Below, piece by piece: positions 36,768 to 45,371 of a DNA stretch of 64,000 nucleotides (within the stretch, counting starts at the first letter, position 1; each line of letters opens with the position of its first letter). The DNA lies in assembly GCA_964371595.1 (NCBI GenBank), contig CAYJNJ010000001.1, positions 46,408 through 110,407 on the forward strand, given 5' to 3'. The position numbers and the translations under genes were made by a program. Under the pieces are notes generated by a model. It worked only from the letters and a program-made list of their open reading frames with translations. It did not search any database and had not been told where the DNA came from. Source of the stretch: an uncultured Bacteroidales bacterium (GTDB lineage Bacteria > Bacteroidota > Bacteroidia > Bacteroidales > JAGOPY01).

Positions 36768-38325
36768 AAATATAGACTATACACTGGTCGACTGGTCGAG
36801 GGCACAGTTTGCACTGACCGCTATGTATCATTGGCTGTTTGTCCCGCTGACACTCGGACTCTCCTTTCTCCTCGCCATCATGGAATCAATTTACGTCAGG
36901 ACCGGCGATCCGCATTGGAAAAAGGTGACCAAATTCTGGATGAAACTGTTCGGGATTAATTTCGCCATTGGCGTAGCAACCGGCATTATCCTTGAATTTG
37001 AATTCGGGACCAACTGGTCGAATTATTCCTGGTTTGTCGGGGATATTTTCGGGGCCCCGCTGGCAGTGGAAGGCATCATGGCTTTCTTTCTCGAATCGAC
37101 TTTCGTTGCCGTGATGTTTTTTGGATGGGATAAGGTCAGCCAGCGGTTCCACCTGGTATCTACCTGGCTGGTTGCCGTAGGCGCCAGCCTTTCTGCCCTG
37201 TGGATTCTGGTTGCAAATGCCTGGATGCAGAACCCGGTCGGCATGCGTTTCAATCCTGATACGGCAAGGAACGAGATGGCCGATTTCTGGGCCGTACTCT
37301 TCTCCCCTACCGCCATCAACAAATTCCTGCATACCGTAACTTCCGGCTATGTCCTGGCCGCCATTTTCGTAATCGGCATCAGCGCCTGGTTCATGCTGCA
37401 TAAGCGGGATTTGCTATTCGCGAAAAGAAGCATGCTGGTTGCATCGGTCTTTGGCTTATTTACCGGCACTTTCCTCATTTTTACCGGGGATGAGTCGGCG
37501 AGGGAAATGGCACGGGTGCAACCGATGAAGTTTGCCGCTATGGAAGGGCTTTATGAAGGAAGGCGGAATGCCCCGCTGGTAGCCGTTGGCCTGTTCGCCA
37601 AGCCAAAGCCCCCGCAGGATCCGCATGAACAGGAATTCCTGGTCAAGATCGAAATACCGAACATGCTGTCCTATATGGCTTTCCTTGACCCGCATGCCTT
37701 TGTCCCCGGCATCCGCGATTTGCTCAGGGGGAATGAAGCTGAAGGGATCATGTCTTATTCTGATAGAATCGAAAGAGGCAAAGTTGCCATCCAGACTTTA
37801 AAAGATTATAAACAGGCAGTTGATGACAAAGACCTTGAGAAAAGCAGCGTCCTCAGGGCCAAATTCGATGATGCAGGCTTTCTTGAGAATTATTTCCGTT
37901 ATTTCGGGTACGGGTATTATGATGACCCGGCAGATATTGTCCCCAGCGTACCCATCAGTTTTTATTCTTTTCATATTATGGTCATTCTTGGTGCCCATTT
38001 TATGCTCCTCTTCCTGGTGGTCTTCTTTTTACTTTATAAAGATGTCCTTCACCATAAAAAATGGATACTTTTCACGGCCATATTCACCATCCCGCTGGTT
38101 TACCTTGCTTCTATGGCGGGCTGGATGCTAGCCGAATTCGGACGCCAACCCTGGGTGATCCAGGACCTGCTGCCCACTATCGCCGCTGTTTCACGGATCG
38201 ACAGTTCTTCCGTGATAATCACATTCTGGCTCTTCGCCATCTTATTCACCACCCTGCTGATCGCAGAGATTAAGATCATGGCAGGCCAGGTGAAAAAAGG
38301 ACCTGAAAACGATGGAGGACACTGA
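36760..38325 (+). CDS. cydA: cytochrome bd ubiquinol oxidase subunit I
   Basis: The 521-aa product has the conserved CydA N-terminus (ARAQFALTAMYHWLFVPLTLG) and the GRQPW motif near the C-terminus. Confidence 0.95.
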   Translation: MIENIDYTLVDWSRAQFALTAMYHWLFVPLTLGLSFLLAIMESIYVRTGDPHWKKVTKFWMKLFGINFAIGVATGIILEFEFGTNWSNYSWFVGDIFGAPLAVEGIMAFFLESTFVAVMFFGWDKVSQRFHLVSTWLVAVGASLSALWILVANAWMQNPVGMRFNPDTARNEMADFWAVLFSPTAINKFLHTVTSGYVLAAIFVIGISAWFMLHKRDLLFAKRSMLVASVFGLFTGTFLIFTGDESAREMARVQPMKFAAMEGLYEGRRNAPLVAVGLFAKPKPPQDPHEQEFLVKIEIPNMLSYMAFLDPHAFVPGIRDLLRGNEAEGIMSYSDRIERGKVAIQTLKDYKQAVDDKDLEKSSVLRAKFDDAGFLENYFRYFGYGYYDDPADIVPSVPISFYSFHIMVILGAHFMLLFLVVFFLLYKDVLHHKKWILFTAIFTIPLVYLASMAGWMLAEFGRQPWVIQDLLPTIAAVSRIDSSSVIITFWLFAILFTTLLIAEIKIMAGQVKKGPENDGGH

Positions 38326-39484
38326 TATGTTTGAAAACCTTTCATTCCTGGCTTTACAGCAATACTGGTGGATAATTATCTCCCTGCTGGCATCTTTACT
38401 GGTCTTTTTATTTTTCGTCCAGGGGGGCCAGACACTGATCTACAAATTAGGCCGGACCGAGCAGGAACGGACAATGATCGTGAATGCCCTAGGTCGTAAA
38501 TGGGAATTCACTTTCACCACCCTGGTCACTTTTGGAGGCGCCTTTTTTGCTTCTTTCCCTCTTTTTTATGCAACCAGTTTCGGTGGGGCTTACTGGGCCT
38601 GGATGCTGATCCTTTTCGCCTTCGTTGTACAGGCCGTTGCATACGAATACCGGTCAAAACCACATAACTTCCTCGGACAGAGAACATTTGAAATTTTCCT
38701 GTATGTGAACGGGGCCGTTGGTACCATACTGACCGGAATTGCAGTCGCCTCCTTTTTTACCGGTTCATCCTTCTATGTGAGCAATATGAACCTGCCTGAG
38801 TGGAAAAGCCCATTTAACGGACTGGAGCTGGCTTTCGACCTTGGCAGGTATGGTACTTTTATCAACCTCTCCCTCGGACTTGCCATCTTTTTTCTCTCCA
38901 GGGTCCTGGGAAATCTTTACCTGCTGAATTCTGTAGAACACAGCATCATCATCAAACGCGGCTATTACCAGCTTCTGAAAGATGCGGTACCTTTCCTGTT
39001 CTTCTTCCTGTTTTTCCTGGTCAACATCCTGCTGCGTAAGGGTTTTGCTTATTCACCGGATACAGGGCTTGTCAGTGAAGAGCCCTTCAAATACCTCCAT
39101 AACCTGCTACAGATGCCGGTAGTACTGGTTTGCCTGTTAGCCGGAGTCGGCCTTGTGCTTTACGGCCTGTTCAAAAGCTGGAAAACTTTCGATGCCTTCC
39201 ATTCCAAAGCAATCTGGTTTGTCGGGCCCGGAACCGTACTGGCCGTATTCGCCCTGTTCCTGCTTGCCGGTTTCAACCAGACTGCATTCTATCCTTCTGT
39301 CTATGACCCGCAAAGCTCATTGACCATCGAAAACGCATCCTCTTCAAAATACACCCTCACCGCCATGAGTTATGTTTCCCTGATGGTGCCCTTTGTATTT
39401 GCTTACATATGGTACGCCTGGCGGGCCCTTAATAAAAAGAAGATCAGTGCTGAAGAAATTGAAGGCGAAGGACACAAATACTGA
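38312..39484 (+). CDS. cydB: cytochrome bd ubiquinol oxidase subunit II
   Basis: It is a polytopic CydB-family protein. The start is either the ATG at 38312 (overlapping cydA) or the ATG at 38327, one nt after the cydA stop. Confidence 0.9.
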   Translation: MEDTDMFENLSFLALQQYWWIIISLLASLLVFLFFVQGGQTLIYKLGRTEQERTMIVNALGRKWEFTFTTLVTFGGAFFASFPLFYATSFGGAYWAWMLILFAFVVQAVAYEYRSKPHNFLGQRTFEIFLYVNGAVGTILTGIAVASFFTGSSFYVSNMNLPEWKSPFNGLELAFDLGRYGTFINLSLGLAIFFLSRVLGNLYLLNSVEHSIIIKRGYYQLLKDAVPFLFFFLFFLVNILLRKGFAYSPDTGLVSEEPFKYLHNLLQMPVVLVCLLAGVGLVLYGLFKSWKTFDAFHSKAIWFVGPGTVLAVFALFLLAGFNQTAFYPSVYDPQSSLTIENASSSKYTLTAMSYVSLMVPFVFAYIWYAWRALNKKKISAEEIEGEGHKY

Positions 39485-39625
39485 AACCAAAATACCAAAT
39501 ACCAAGCACCAAATACCAAACAACTTCCAAACTCCAAAACCCCAAAACCTCAAAACCCCAAAACCTCAAAACCTCAAAACCTCAAAACCTCAAAACCTCA
39601 AAACCCCAAAACCTCAAAACCTCAA
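39485..39625. repeat. C/A-rich, G-poor array related to 21268-21437: ACCAAAT / ACCAAGC words, then about 10 units of the 8-mer CAAAACCY
   Basis: Read directly. It begins at the first base after the cydB TGA. Confidence 0.9.
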
Positions 39626-39629
39626 TTCC

Positions 39630-39770
39630 ATGCATACAGCACAAATCCTCTGGCTAATCTCCCTTCCTGTACTGATTTTTATCACTTACAGGGTGGTACT
39701 TATCGTCATTAAAAAATACGAAAAGAAATTTCCTTCGGATGTTGAAAGAAATTCCGGGAATATTTCATGA
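39630..39770 (+). CDS. possible 46-aa single-TM protein downstream of cydAB
   Basis: The ATG lies just after the repeat. The product is MHTAQILWLISLPVLIFITYRVVLIVIKKYEKKF.., with one hydrophobic helix followed by basic residues. I recognise no homology. Confidence 0.3.
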   Translation: MHTAQILWLISLPVLIFITYRVVLIVIKKYEKKFPSDVERNSGNIS

Positions 39771-39822
39771 AAATGTTTTATTTTTGAAAATTCATAATTT
39801 ATTGATTTTAAGTTATCTAATA

Positions 39823-42800
39823 ATGAAGATACGAAGATTTTTACTCATCACGCTACTCAGTTCTGCACTAACATTCTCGACTTTAGCTCAAAACAATGAT
39901 CCGGTGGCGCCTGATACGGCTGATTATCCTTACTGGATCGAGATGATGGCAGACCCTTCTATAAATTTTTACCATGTCCAGAGGGCTTTCAATATTTATT
40001 ATGAAAACAAGGACATGACAAAGGTTAAAGGCTGGAAACCATTTAAAAGATGGGAGTACCGAATGCTGGAAGGACGGATCTTCCCTGACGGCACCCGCAG
40101 ACCCGAAGACCACATTGTAAAAGCCTATGACAGCTATATGCAGTCCCATCCCGGCGCCCGTTCCACAACCGGCGACTGGACGAACCTCGGCCCGTTTAAC
40201 GTTCCGGAAGGCAGGGGCTATAAAGGCCTGGGCCGGCTCAATGCCATTGCCTTCGACCCTGATGACCCGAACATTGTCTGGGTAGGCTCACCGGCCGGCG
40301 GATTATGGAAAACCACTTCCAATGGAGGAAACTGGATCTCATCAACACAGGACCTGCCTTCCCTCGGCGTATCTTCTATCCTGATTGACCATAGCAATCC
40401 TGATGTGATGTATATCGGGACAGGCGACAGGGATGCAGGCGATGCAGCAGGTATCGGTGTTTATCGCTCAACCGATGGCGGCGAAACCTGGGCCCCCTGG
40501 AATACCGGCATCAGCGACCATATTGTCGGCAGATTATTAATGCACCCGACAAACAACATGATCATTTTTGCTGCCACCAACGGCGGCCTTTACCGCTCAG
40601 CCAACGGCGGCGCTACCTGGACACGGGTGGAGAACGGCGATTTCAAGGATGTTGCCTTCAAACCCGGTGATCCGAACATCGTGTACGGTGCGGGTAACGG
40701 CAATTTCTACCGCTCCACAAATGGCGGGCTGTCATTTACCCAGATCTCCAGCGGGCTGCCCTCAAGCTCCCGTTCCGCACTTGCGGTCACACCCGATAAT
40801 CCTGCTTATGTTTACGTCATCCTTACCAATGGCGATTCTTTTAAAGGCCTTTATCGTTCCACCGATTCCGGCATGAATTTTTCCGTTAAATCCACCACCC
40901 CTAACATAATGAGCTGGGGATGCAACGGCGGCGACGGCGGCCAGGCCTGGTACGACCTTGATATCGCCTGCGACCCGAATAACTCCGACGTGATCTTCGC
41001 CGGCGGCGTCAACTGCTTCAAATCAGCCAGCGGCGGCACAACCTGGAATATCAGCTCACACTGGTGGGGCGACTGTGGCGTTCCTTCCGTCCATGCCGAC
41101 CTGCACGTACTGGAATACAACCCGCTGAAGGACTGGCTGTATGCCGGGAACGACGGCGGGGTTTATTATTCTGCCGACCAGGGAATCACATGGTCTGAAA
41201 TCACCAACGGCCTTCCTATCGGGCAAGTATACAAGATCGGGCAAAGCGCAACGATCAGGAACAAAACCGTGAACGGCTACCAGGATAACGGCACATCGAC
41301 TTACATGGGCAACTACTGGCAGAACATTATGGGCGGCGATGGCATGGAATGCGCTGTTGACCCGGTTGACGGCAATTACAGCTATGGCACGGTCTACTAT
41401 GGTTATATAGAAAGACAATACCAGAATTCAAGCAACGGAACAGTTGCCAATAACGGATTTAACGGGATCAATGAATCGGGTGCCTGGGTTACGCCTTTCA
41501 TCCTAGATGAAAGAAATCCCAATATCATGTTCGTTGGCTATAAGAACGTCTGGCGTTCGACTAATGTAAAGGCCCCTTCCAGCCAGATCGTCTGGCAAAA
41601 GATCTCCGACAACCTCGCCGGCAGCAACAGCCAGGATATGAGGGTGCTTGAGCAATCTCCCGCTAATTCAGATATCCTCTACGCTGCAAGGTACGATAAT
41701 AAGTTTTTCTATACAGGGAACTGTATGTCGACAACCCCTGTATGGACCGAACTGACAGGCTTCCTGCCTGAAAACGGCGGTATTAACGATGTGGAATGTG
41801 ACCCTTTCAACCCTGATGTGGTTTATATTTCACAGAATAATAACGTATTCAGATCAACCGACCGCGGCATGACCTGGGAAGATATTTCAGGGACACTTCC
41901 GGATGTTGCTTATTCCAGCATTGCCACCTATAAAAACAGCCATGAAGGAGTTTACCTGAGCTCTGATATCGGTGTTTTTTATAAAGATAAATTCATGACC
42001 GACTGGATCATGTTTTCTGATGGATTGCCTGTCGATGCTTCCGTTACCGAGATTGAAATTTATTATGATGCCGATCCTTCAGGCGACATCCTTCGCGCAG
42101 GCACTTACGGTCGTGGCTTATGGGAATCAGATGTTTTCCATACCTCGCCGGTTGCTGATTTCGAAGCAAACGAAACGCTGATCCCACCCGGTTGCGGCAT
42201 TGAATTTAAAGACCTTTCCGCTGGTATCCCTACAGCCTGGAACTGGGAATTCACAGGGGCCAACCCCTCTGCTTCCACAGAAAGAAACCCCTCCGGCATC
42301 ATATATGATACCCCCGGGACATTCCAGGTTAAACTGGTCGTTACCAACGAAGCCGGCACCGATTCAACGATTATTACCGACTATATCACGGTAGATGAAA
42401 CCATTCTGCCGCTTGTCGATTTTTCGGCCGATCAAACTGTTGTCTGTACCAATGGAGTGGTTAATTTCACCGATCTTTCACAGTATTGCCCCGGCACCTG
42501 GCTATGGTCATTCAATCCCAATACCGTTGATTTCAAGGAAGGAACCACCGAAAATTCGCAGAACCCTGTCGTAGAATTCAGGCAGTCGGGCAATTACGAA
42601 GTGACCCTGACCGTCACCAACAATAATGGGGAGGCATCAGTCACCAGGCCTGATTATGTTAAAGCCGGTGGCTACGACCTTCCTTTTGAAGAGGATTTTG
42701 AGACAGGCTCCCTGGCCGACCGCAACTGGGCAGTCCGCAATCCGGATATGGGGTACACCTGGATCGATTACCTCATTGAATCGACCGGAAACCATACCGC

Positions 42801-43491
42801 ACAGATGAAATTTTACGGCTATTTCAAGATGGCCGAGCGCGACCAGCTTATCTCCCCTTACCTGAATTTCAGCGAGCTGAGCAATGTTTACCTGACTTTT
42901 GACCATGCCTATGCACAGCGATTCAGCCAGAAAGACTCGCTGGTGGTCTATGTTTCCAGCGGTTGCGATGAGAGCTGGACACGGGTCTGGGCCAATGGCC
43001 CCGACGGGAACGGCGTTTTCGAGACTTCCTCCCCTACCGCTTATGAATTTACCCCACTTGTCAACGACGACTGGTGCGGATTAGGCTGGGGCGCCACCTG
43101 CTTCACCATTGACCTGACCCAGTGGGCCGGTCTGAAAAATGTGAAGATCATGTTCGAATCGTACAACAACATGGGGAATAATCTTTACCTTGATAATATT
43201 ACCGTTTCGAACACCACAGGTAATGTGAACATCATCCCGGCACAGGGCAGTTTCACCATTTATCCCAACCCCGGGACAGGTTATTTCACAATGCTTTCCG
43301 CGGGAATTACCGGGCAAATGCAGCTTGAGGTATTCAATGCCCAGGGACAAGCAGTAATGACGGATAACTTCAATAATTCCCATGATGCATACCAGCAAAC
43401 AATCAACCTGACCGGATTGCCAAAGGGCGTTTATTTGGTACGGCTTACGACAGGAGAGAATGTCCTTGTCAGGAAGTTGATGCTGGAATAG
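39823..43491 (+). CDS. secreted multidomain protein: BNR/Asp-box (sortilin/Ycf48-like) beta-propeller repeats, two PKD domains, an additional beta-sandwich domain and a T9SS C-terminal sorting domain
   Basis: The signal peptide is MKIRRFLLITLLSSALTFSTLAQ. S.DGG.TW-type Asp-box motifs recur. PKD-like segments include TFQVKLVVTNEAGTD and NYEVTLTVTNNNGEA. The C-terminus (FTIYPNPGTGYFT...GVYLVRL) is a T9SS tail. The ATG at 39823 is preferred. Confidence 0.8.
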   Translation: MKIRRFLLITLLSSALTFSTLAQNNDPVAPDTADYPYWIEMMADPSINFYHVQRAFNIYYENKDMTKVKGWKPFKRWEYRMLEGRIFPDGTRRPEDHIVKAYDSYMQSHPGARSTTGDWTNLGPFNVPEGRGYKGLGRLNAIAFDPDDPNIVWVGSPAGGLWKTTSNGGNWISSTQDLPSLGVSSILIDHSNPDVMYIGTGDRDAGDAAGIGVYRSTDGGETWAPWNTGISDHIVGRLLMHPTNNMIIFAATNGGLYRSANGGATWTRVENGDFKDVAFKPGDPNIVYGAGNGNFYRSTNGGLSFTQISSGLPSSSRSALAVTPDNPAYVYVILTNGDSFKGLYRSTDSGMNFSVKSTTPNIMSWGCNGGDGGQAWYDLDIACDPNNSDVIFAGGVNCFKSASGGTTWNISSHWWGDCGVPSVHADLHVLEYNPLKDWLYAGNDGGVYYSADQGITWSEITNGLPIGQVYKIGQSATIRNKTVNGYQDNGTSTYMGNYWQNIMGGDGMECAVDPVDGNYSYGTVYYGYIERQYQNSSNGTVANNGFNGINESGAWVTPFILDERNPNIMFVGYKNVWRSTNVKAPSSQIVWQKISDNLAGSNSQDMRVLEQSPANSDILYAARYDNKFFYTGNCMSTTPVWTELTGFLPENGGINDVECDPFNPDVVYISQNNNVFRSTDRGMTWEDISGTLPDVAYSSIATYKNSHEGVYLSSDIGVFYKDKFMTDWIMFSDGLPVDASVTEIEIYYDADPSGDILRAGTYGRGLWESDVFHTSPVADFEANETLIPPGCGIEFKDLSAGIPTAWNWEFTGANPSASTERNPSGIIYDTPGTFQVKLVVTNEAGTDSTIITDYITVDETILPLVDFSADQTVVCTNGVVNFTDLSQYCPGTWLWSFNPNTVDFKEGTTENSQNPVVEFRQSGNYEVTLTVTNNNGEASVTRPDYVKAGGYDLPFEEDFETGSLADRNWAVRNPDMGYTWIDYLIESTGNHTAQMKFYGYFKMAERDQLISPYLNFSELSNVYLTFDHAYAQRFSQKDSLVVYVSSGCDESWTRVWANGPDGNGVFETSSPTAYEFTPLVNDDWCGLGWGATCFTIDLTQWAGLKNVKIMFESYNNMGNNLYLDNITVSNTTGNVNIIPAQGSFTIYPNPGTGYFTMLSAGITGQMQLEVFNAQGQAVMTDNFNNSHDAYQQTINLTGLPKGVYLVRLTTGENVLVRKLMLE

Positions 43492-43527
43492 TTTTCACGC
43501 AAAGAATACCAAGATTTTATATAAGAG

Positions 43528-43565
43528 CGCAAAGATTGAAAAGGTCTTTGCGTTCTTTTTTATTT
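43528..43565 (+). terminator. rho-independent terminator
   Basis: The stem CGCAAAGA (43528-35) pairs with TCTTTGCG (43545-52) around a 9-nt loop. It is followed by TTCTTTTTTATTT. Confidence 0.7.
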
Positions 43566-43594
43566 ATTTGCGACCTTTGCGTGAACCTGTCGAA

Positions 43595-44296
43595 ATGAAT
43601 CTTTTTTATACGCCGGATATATCAAGCAATTTTTATTCCCTGAACGAGGAAGAATCCCGTCATTGTCAGAAAGTTTTACGCTTACATGAAGGCGATGTGA
43701 TCCAGCTGACCGATGGCCGGGGAACGCTATACCAGGCGCAGATCGTTGACTCACGAGGCAGGCAGGTAGCTGTGGAAGTTATTTCCAGCCTGGAAAAATA
43801 CGGCAAACGGAATTACCGTCTTCACCTGGCCGTTGCCCCTACCAAGAATATCGACCGCTTCGAGTGGTTCCTGGAAAAGGCGACCGAGATTGGTGTCGAT
43901 GAGATCACCCCGCTGATCTGCGAGCATTCCGAGCGCCGGCAGTTACGTCTAGACAGGCTTGAGAAGATCATCACCTCTGCGGTCAAGCAATCGCTGAAGG
44001 CATATCATCCTGTATTGCACCCGATGGCTCATTACAAAATTTTCATTGCGCAAAAGCGTGAAGGACAGCTATTCATCGCCCATCTGGAAGAAAGCAACCC
44101 CGTTTTACTTCAGAAACTGTATCTGAAAGGATCCGGTGCAACCATAATGATCGGCCCGGAAGGCGATTTCAGCGATATAGAGATCGCTGCTGCAATAAAA
44201 GCATCCTATCAATGCGTCTCATTGGGCAACAGCAGGCTCAGGACGGAAACTGCGGCGGTAGTAGCATGCCATGCGGTGTCTATGGTTAATGCTTAA
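43595..44296 (+). CDS. rsmE: 16S rRNA (uracil1498-N3)-methyltransferase
   Basis: About 233 aa. It has the RsmE N-terminus (MNLFYTPDI...EE.RH...VLRL..GD) and the C-terminal SPOUT motif (IGPEGDFS..E). Confidence 0.85.
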   Translation: MNLFYTPDISSNFYSLNEEESRHCQKVLRLHEGDVIQLTDGRGTLYQAQIVDSRGRQVAVEVISSLEKYGKRNYRLHLAVAPTKNIDRFEWFLEKATEIGVDEITPLICEHSERRQLRLDRLEKIITSAVKQSLKAYHPVLHPMAHYKIFIAQKREGQLFIAHLEESNPVLLQKLYLKGSGATIMIGPEGDFSDIEIAAAIKASYQCVSLGNSRLRTETAAVVACHAVSMVNA

Positions 44297-44437
44297 TGTT
44301 TAATTATCAATGCTTAATTATTAGTACTTTAATTCATAATTAGATAATTATTCTTACAGTCTTACCGTCCTACAGTCTTACCGTCCTACAGTCCTGCAGT
44401 CCTAGCGACGCTTTGCGACTTCTTTGCGAAACTTTGC
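44286..44437. repeat. composite word arrays: TTAAT-rich words, then the 8-mers CTTACAGT / CTTACCGT / CCTACAGT (7 units), then three CTTTGCG-containing words
   Basis: Read directly. The composite starts at the rsmE stop codon. Confidence 0.8.
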
Positions 44438-44491
44438 GTTACAACCGGCCGGTGAGGATGTATAACAAAAAAACTTGTTTTTAATTGAAAT

Positions 44492-44514
44492 AGTATATAC
44501 TTTTGTTATATACT
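44492..44514 (+). promoter_or_regulatory. candidate operator for the RHH antitoxin: inverted repeat AGTATATA-N7-TATATACT
   Basis: It is a perfect 8-bp inverted repeat lying 12 nt upstream of the antitoxin ATG. Type II antitoxins usually autoregulate through palindromes of this kind. Confidence 0.4.
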
Positions 44515-44525
44515 GAAGATATATC

Positions 44526-44765
44526 ATGAAAACACTCTCCTTAAAACTTGACGACAATATATTCCAGGAAACCGAGCAGGTAACCGGATACATGAAAAAG
44601 TCGCGGAACAGGTATATAAATGACGCACTTGATCATTACAACAAGATACAGCGGCGAAAGATGCTGTCGGCTCAACTGGCCAGGGAGTCGGAGCTGGTAG
44701 CAGGAGAATCCATGGAAATGTTGAACGATTTTGAGCAGATAGAAGATGAAGGTCAAACAATTTGA
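44526..44765 (+). CDS. ribbon-helix-helix antitoxin
   Basis: 79 aa. The N-terminal beta-strand MKTLSLKLDDN and the pattern YINDAL fit an RHH antitoxin. It overlaps the toxin gene. Confidence 0.65.
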   Translation: MKTLSLKLDDNIFQETEQVTGYMKKSRNRYINDALDHYNKIQRRKMLSAQLARESELVAGESMEMLNDFEQIEDEGQTI

Positions 44766-45090
44766 AATATGGATAGCCGATCTGAACCCACGGATTGGAA
44801 CGGAGCCTGGCAAGGTGCGGCCGGTTGTTATTGTTCAGACTGACTTACTGAATAAACATCATCCATCAACAATTATTTGTCCGGTAACTACGAAAGTTCA
44901 GCCGGGCAGCGAGATATTGCGGGTACATTTAGCCATAGGCAGTTGCGGGCTGGACGAAGCCTGCGATATTATGATCGACCAGGTCAGGGCGATTGACAAT
45001 GCGAGGCTTCTCAGAAAGCTCGGAAAGGTCCCCGCTACTTCAATTGAAAAGGTCAAACAAAATCTCAAGGTCATTCTTGACCTGGATTGA
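44746..45090 (+). CDS. mazF: type II toxin PemK/MazF family endoribonuclease
   Basis: 114 aa. The sequence FEIWIADLNPRIGTEPGKVRPVVIVQTD is a classical MazF/PemK signature. Confidence 0.85.
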   Translation: MKVKQFEIWIADLNPRIGTEPGKVRPVVIVQTDLLNKHHPSTIICPVTTKVQPGSEILRVHLAIGSCGLDEACDIMIDQVRAIDNARLLRKLGKVPATSIEKVKQNLKVILDLD

Positions 45091-45149
45091 TCCGTTTCCT
45101 TTCACCATTTAGGCACATCAGGCACATAGATATCACATTAGGACGATCA

Positions 45150-45335
45150 GTCCCGTCAGGGACGACAGTATGGTAGGGAAAGGAATCGAAATTACCATTA
45201 AGTCCCATCAGGGACGACAGTATGGTAGGAAAAGAATCGAAATTACCATTAAGTCCCATCAGGGACGACAGTACGGTAGGATAGAAATCGAAGTTACCAT
45301 TAAGTCCCGTCAGGGACGACAGTAAGGTAGGAAAG
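45150..45335. repeat. 3.6 tandem copies of a 51-52 bp unit, each containing two small hairpins
   Basis: Units begin at 45150, 45202, 45253 and 45304. The unit is GTCCC(A/G)TCAGGGACGACAGTATGGTAGGAAAAGAATCGAAATTACCATTAA. The hairpins are GTCCC/GGGAC and ATGGTA/TACCAT. The array is flanked by GACGATCAG direct repeats (45142 and 45352). Confidence 0.9.
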
Positions 45336-45371
45336 GAAAATCGGGCGATATGACGATCAGGCGAGGTATCA

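Noticed and set aside
45150-45335. Possible CRISPR array (regular repeats containing a small palindrome)
   Set aside because: The whole 51-52 bp unit repeats head to tail, with no unique spacers between copies. There are no cas genes in the window.
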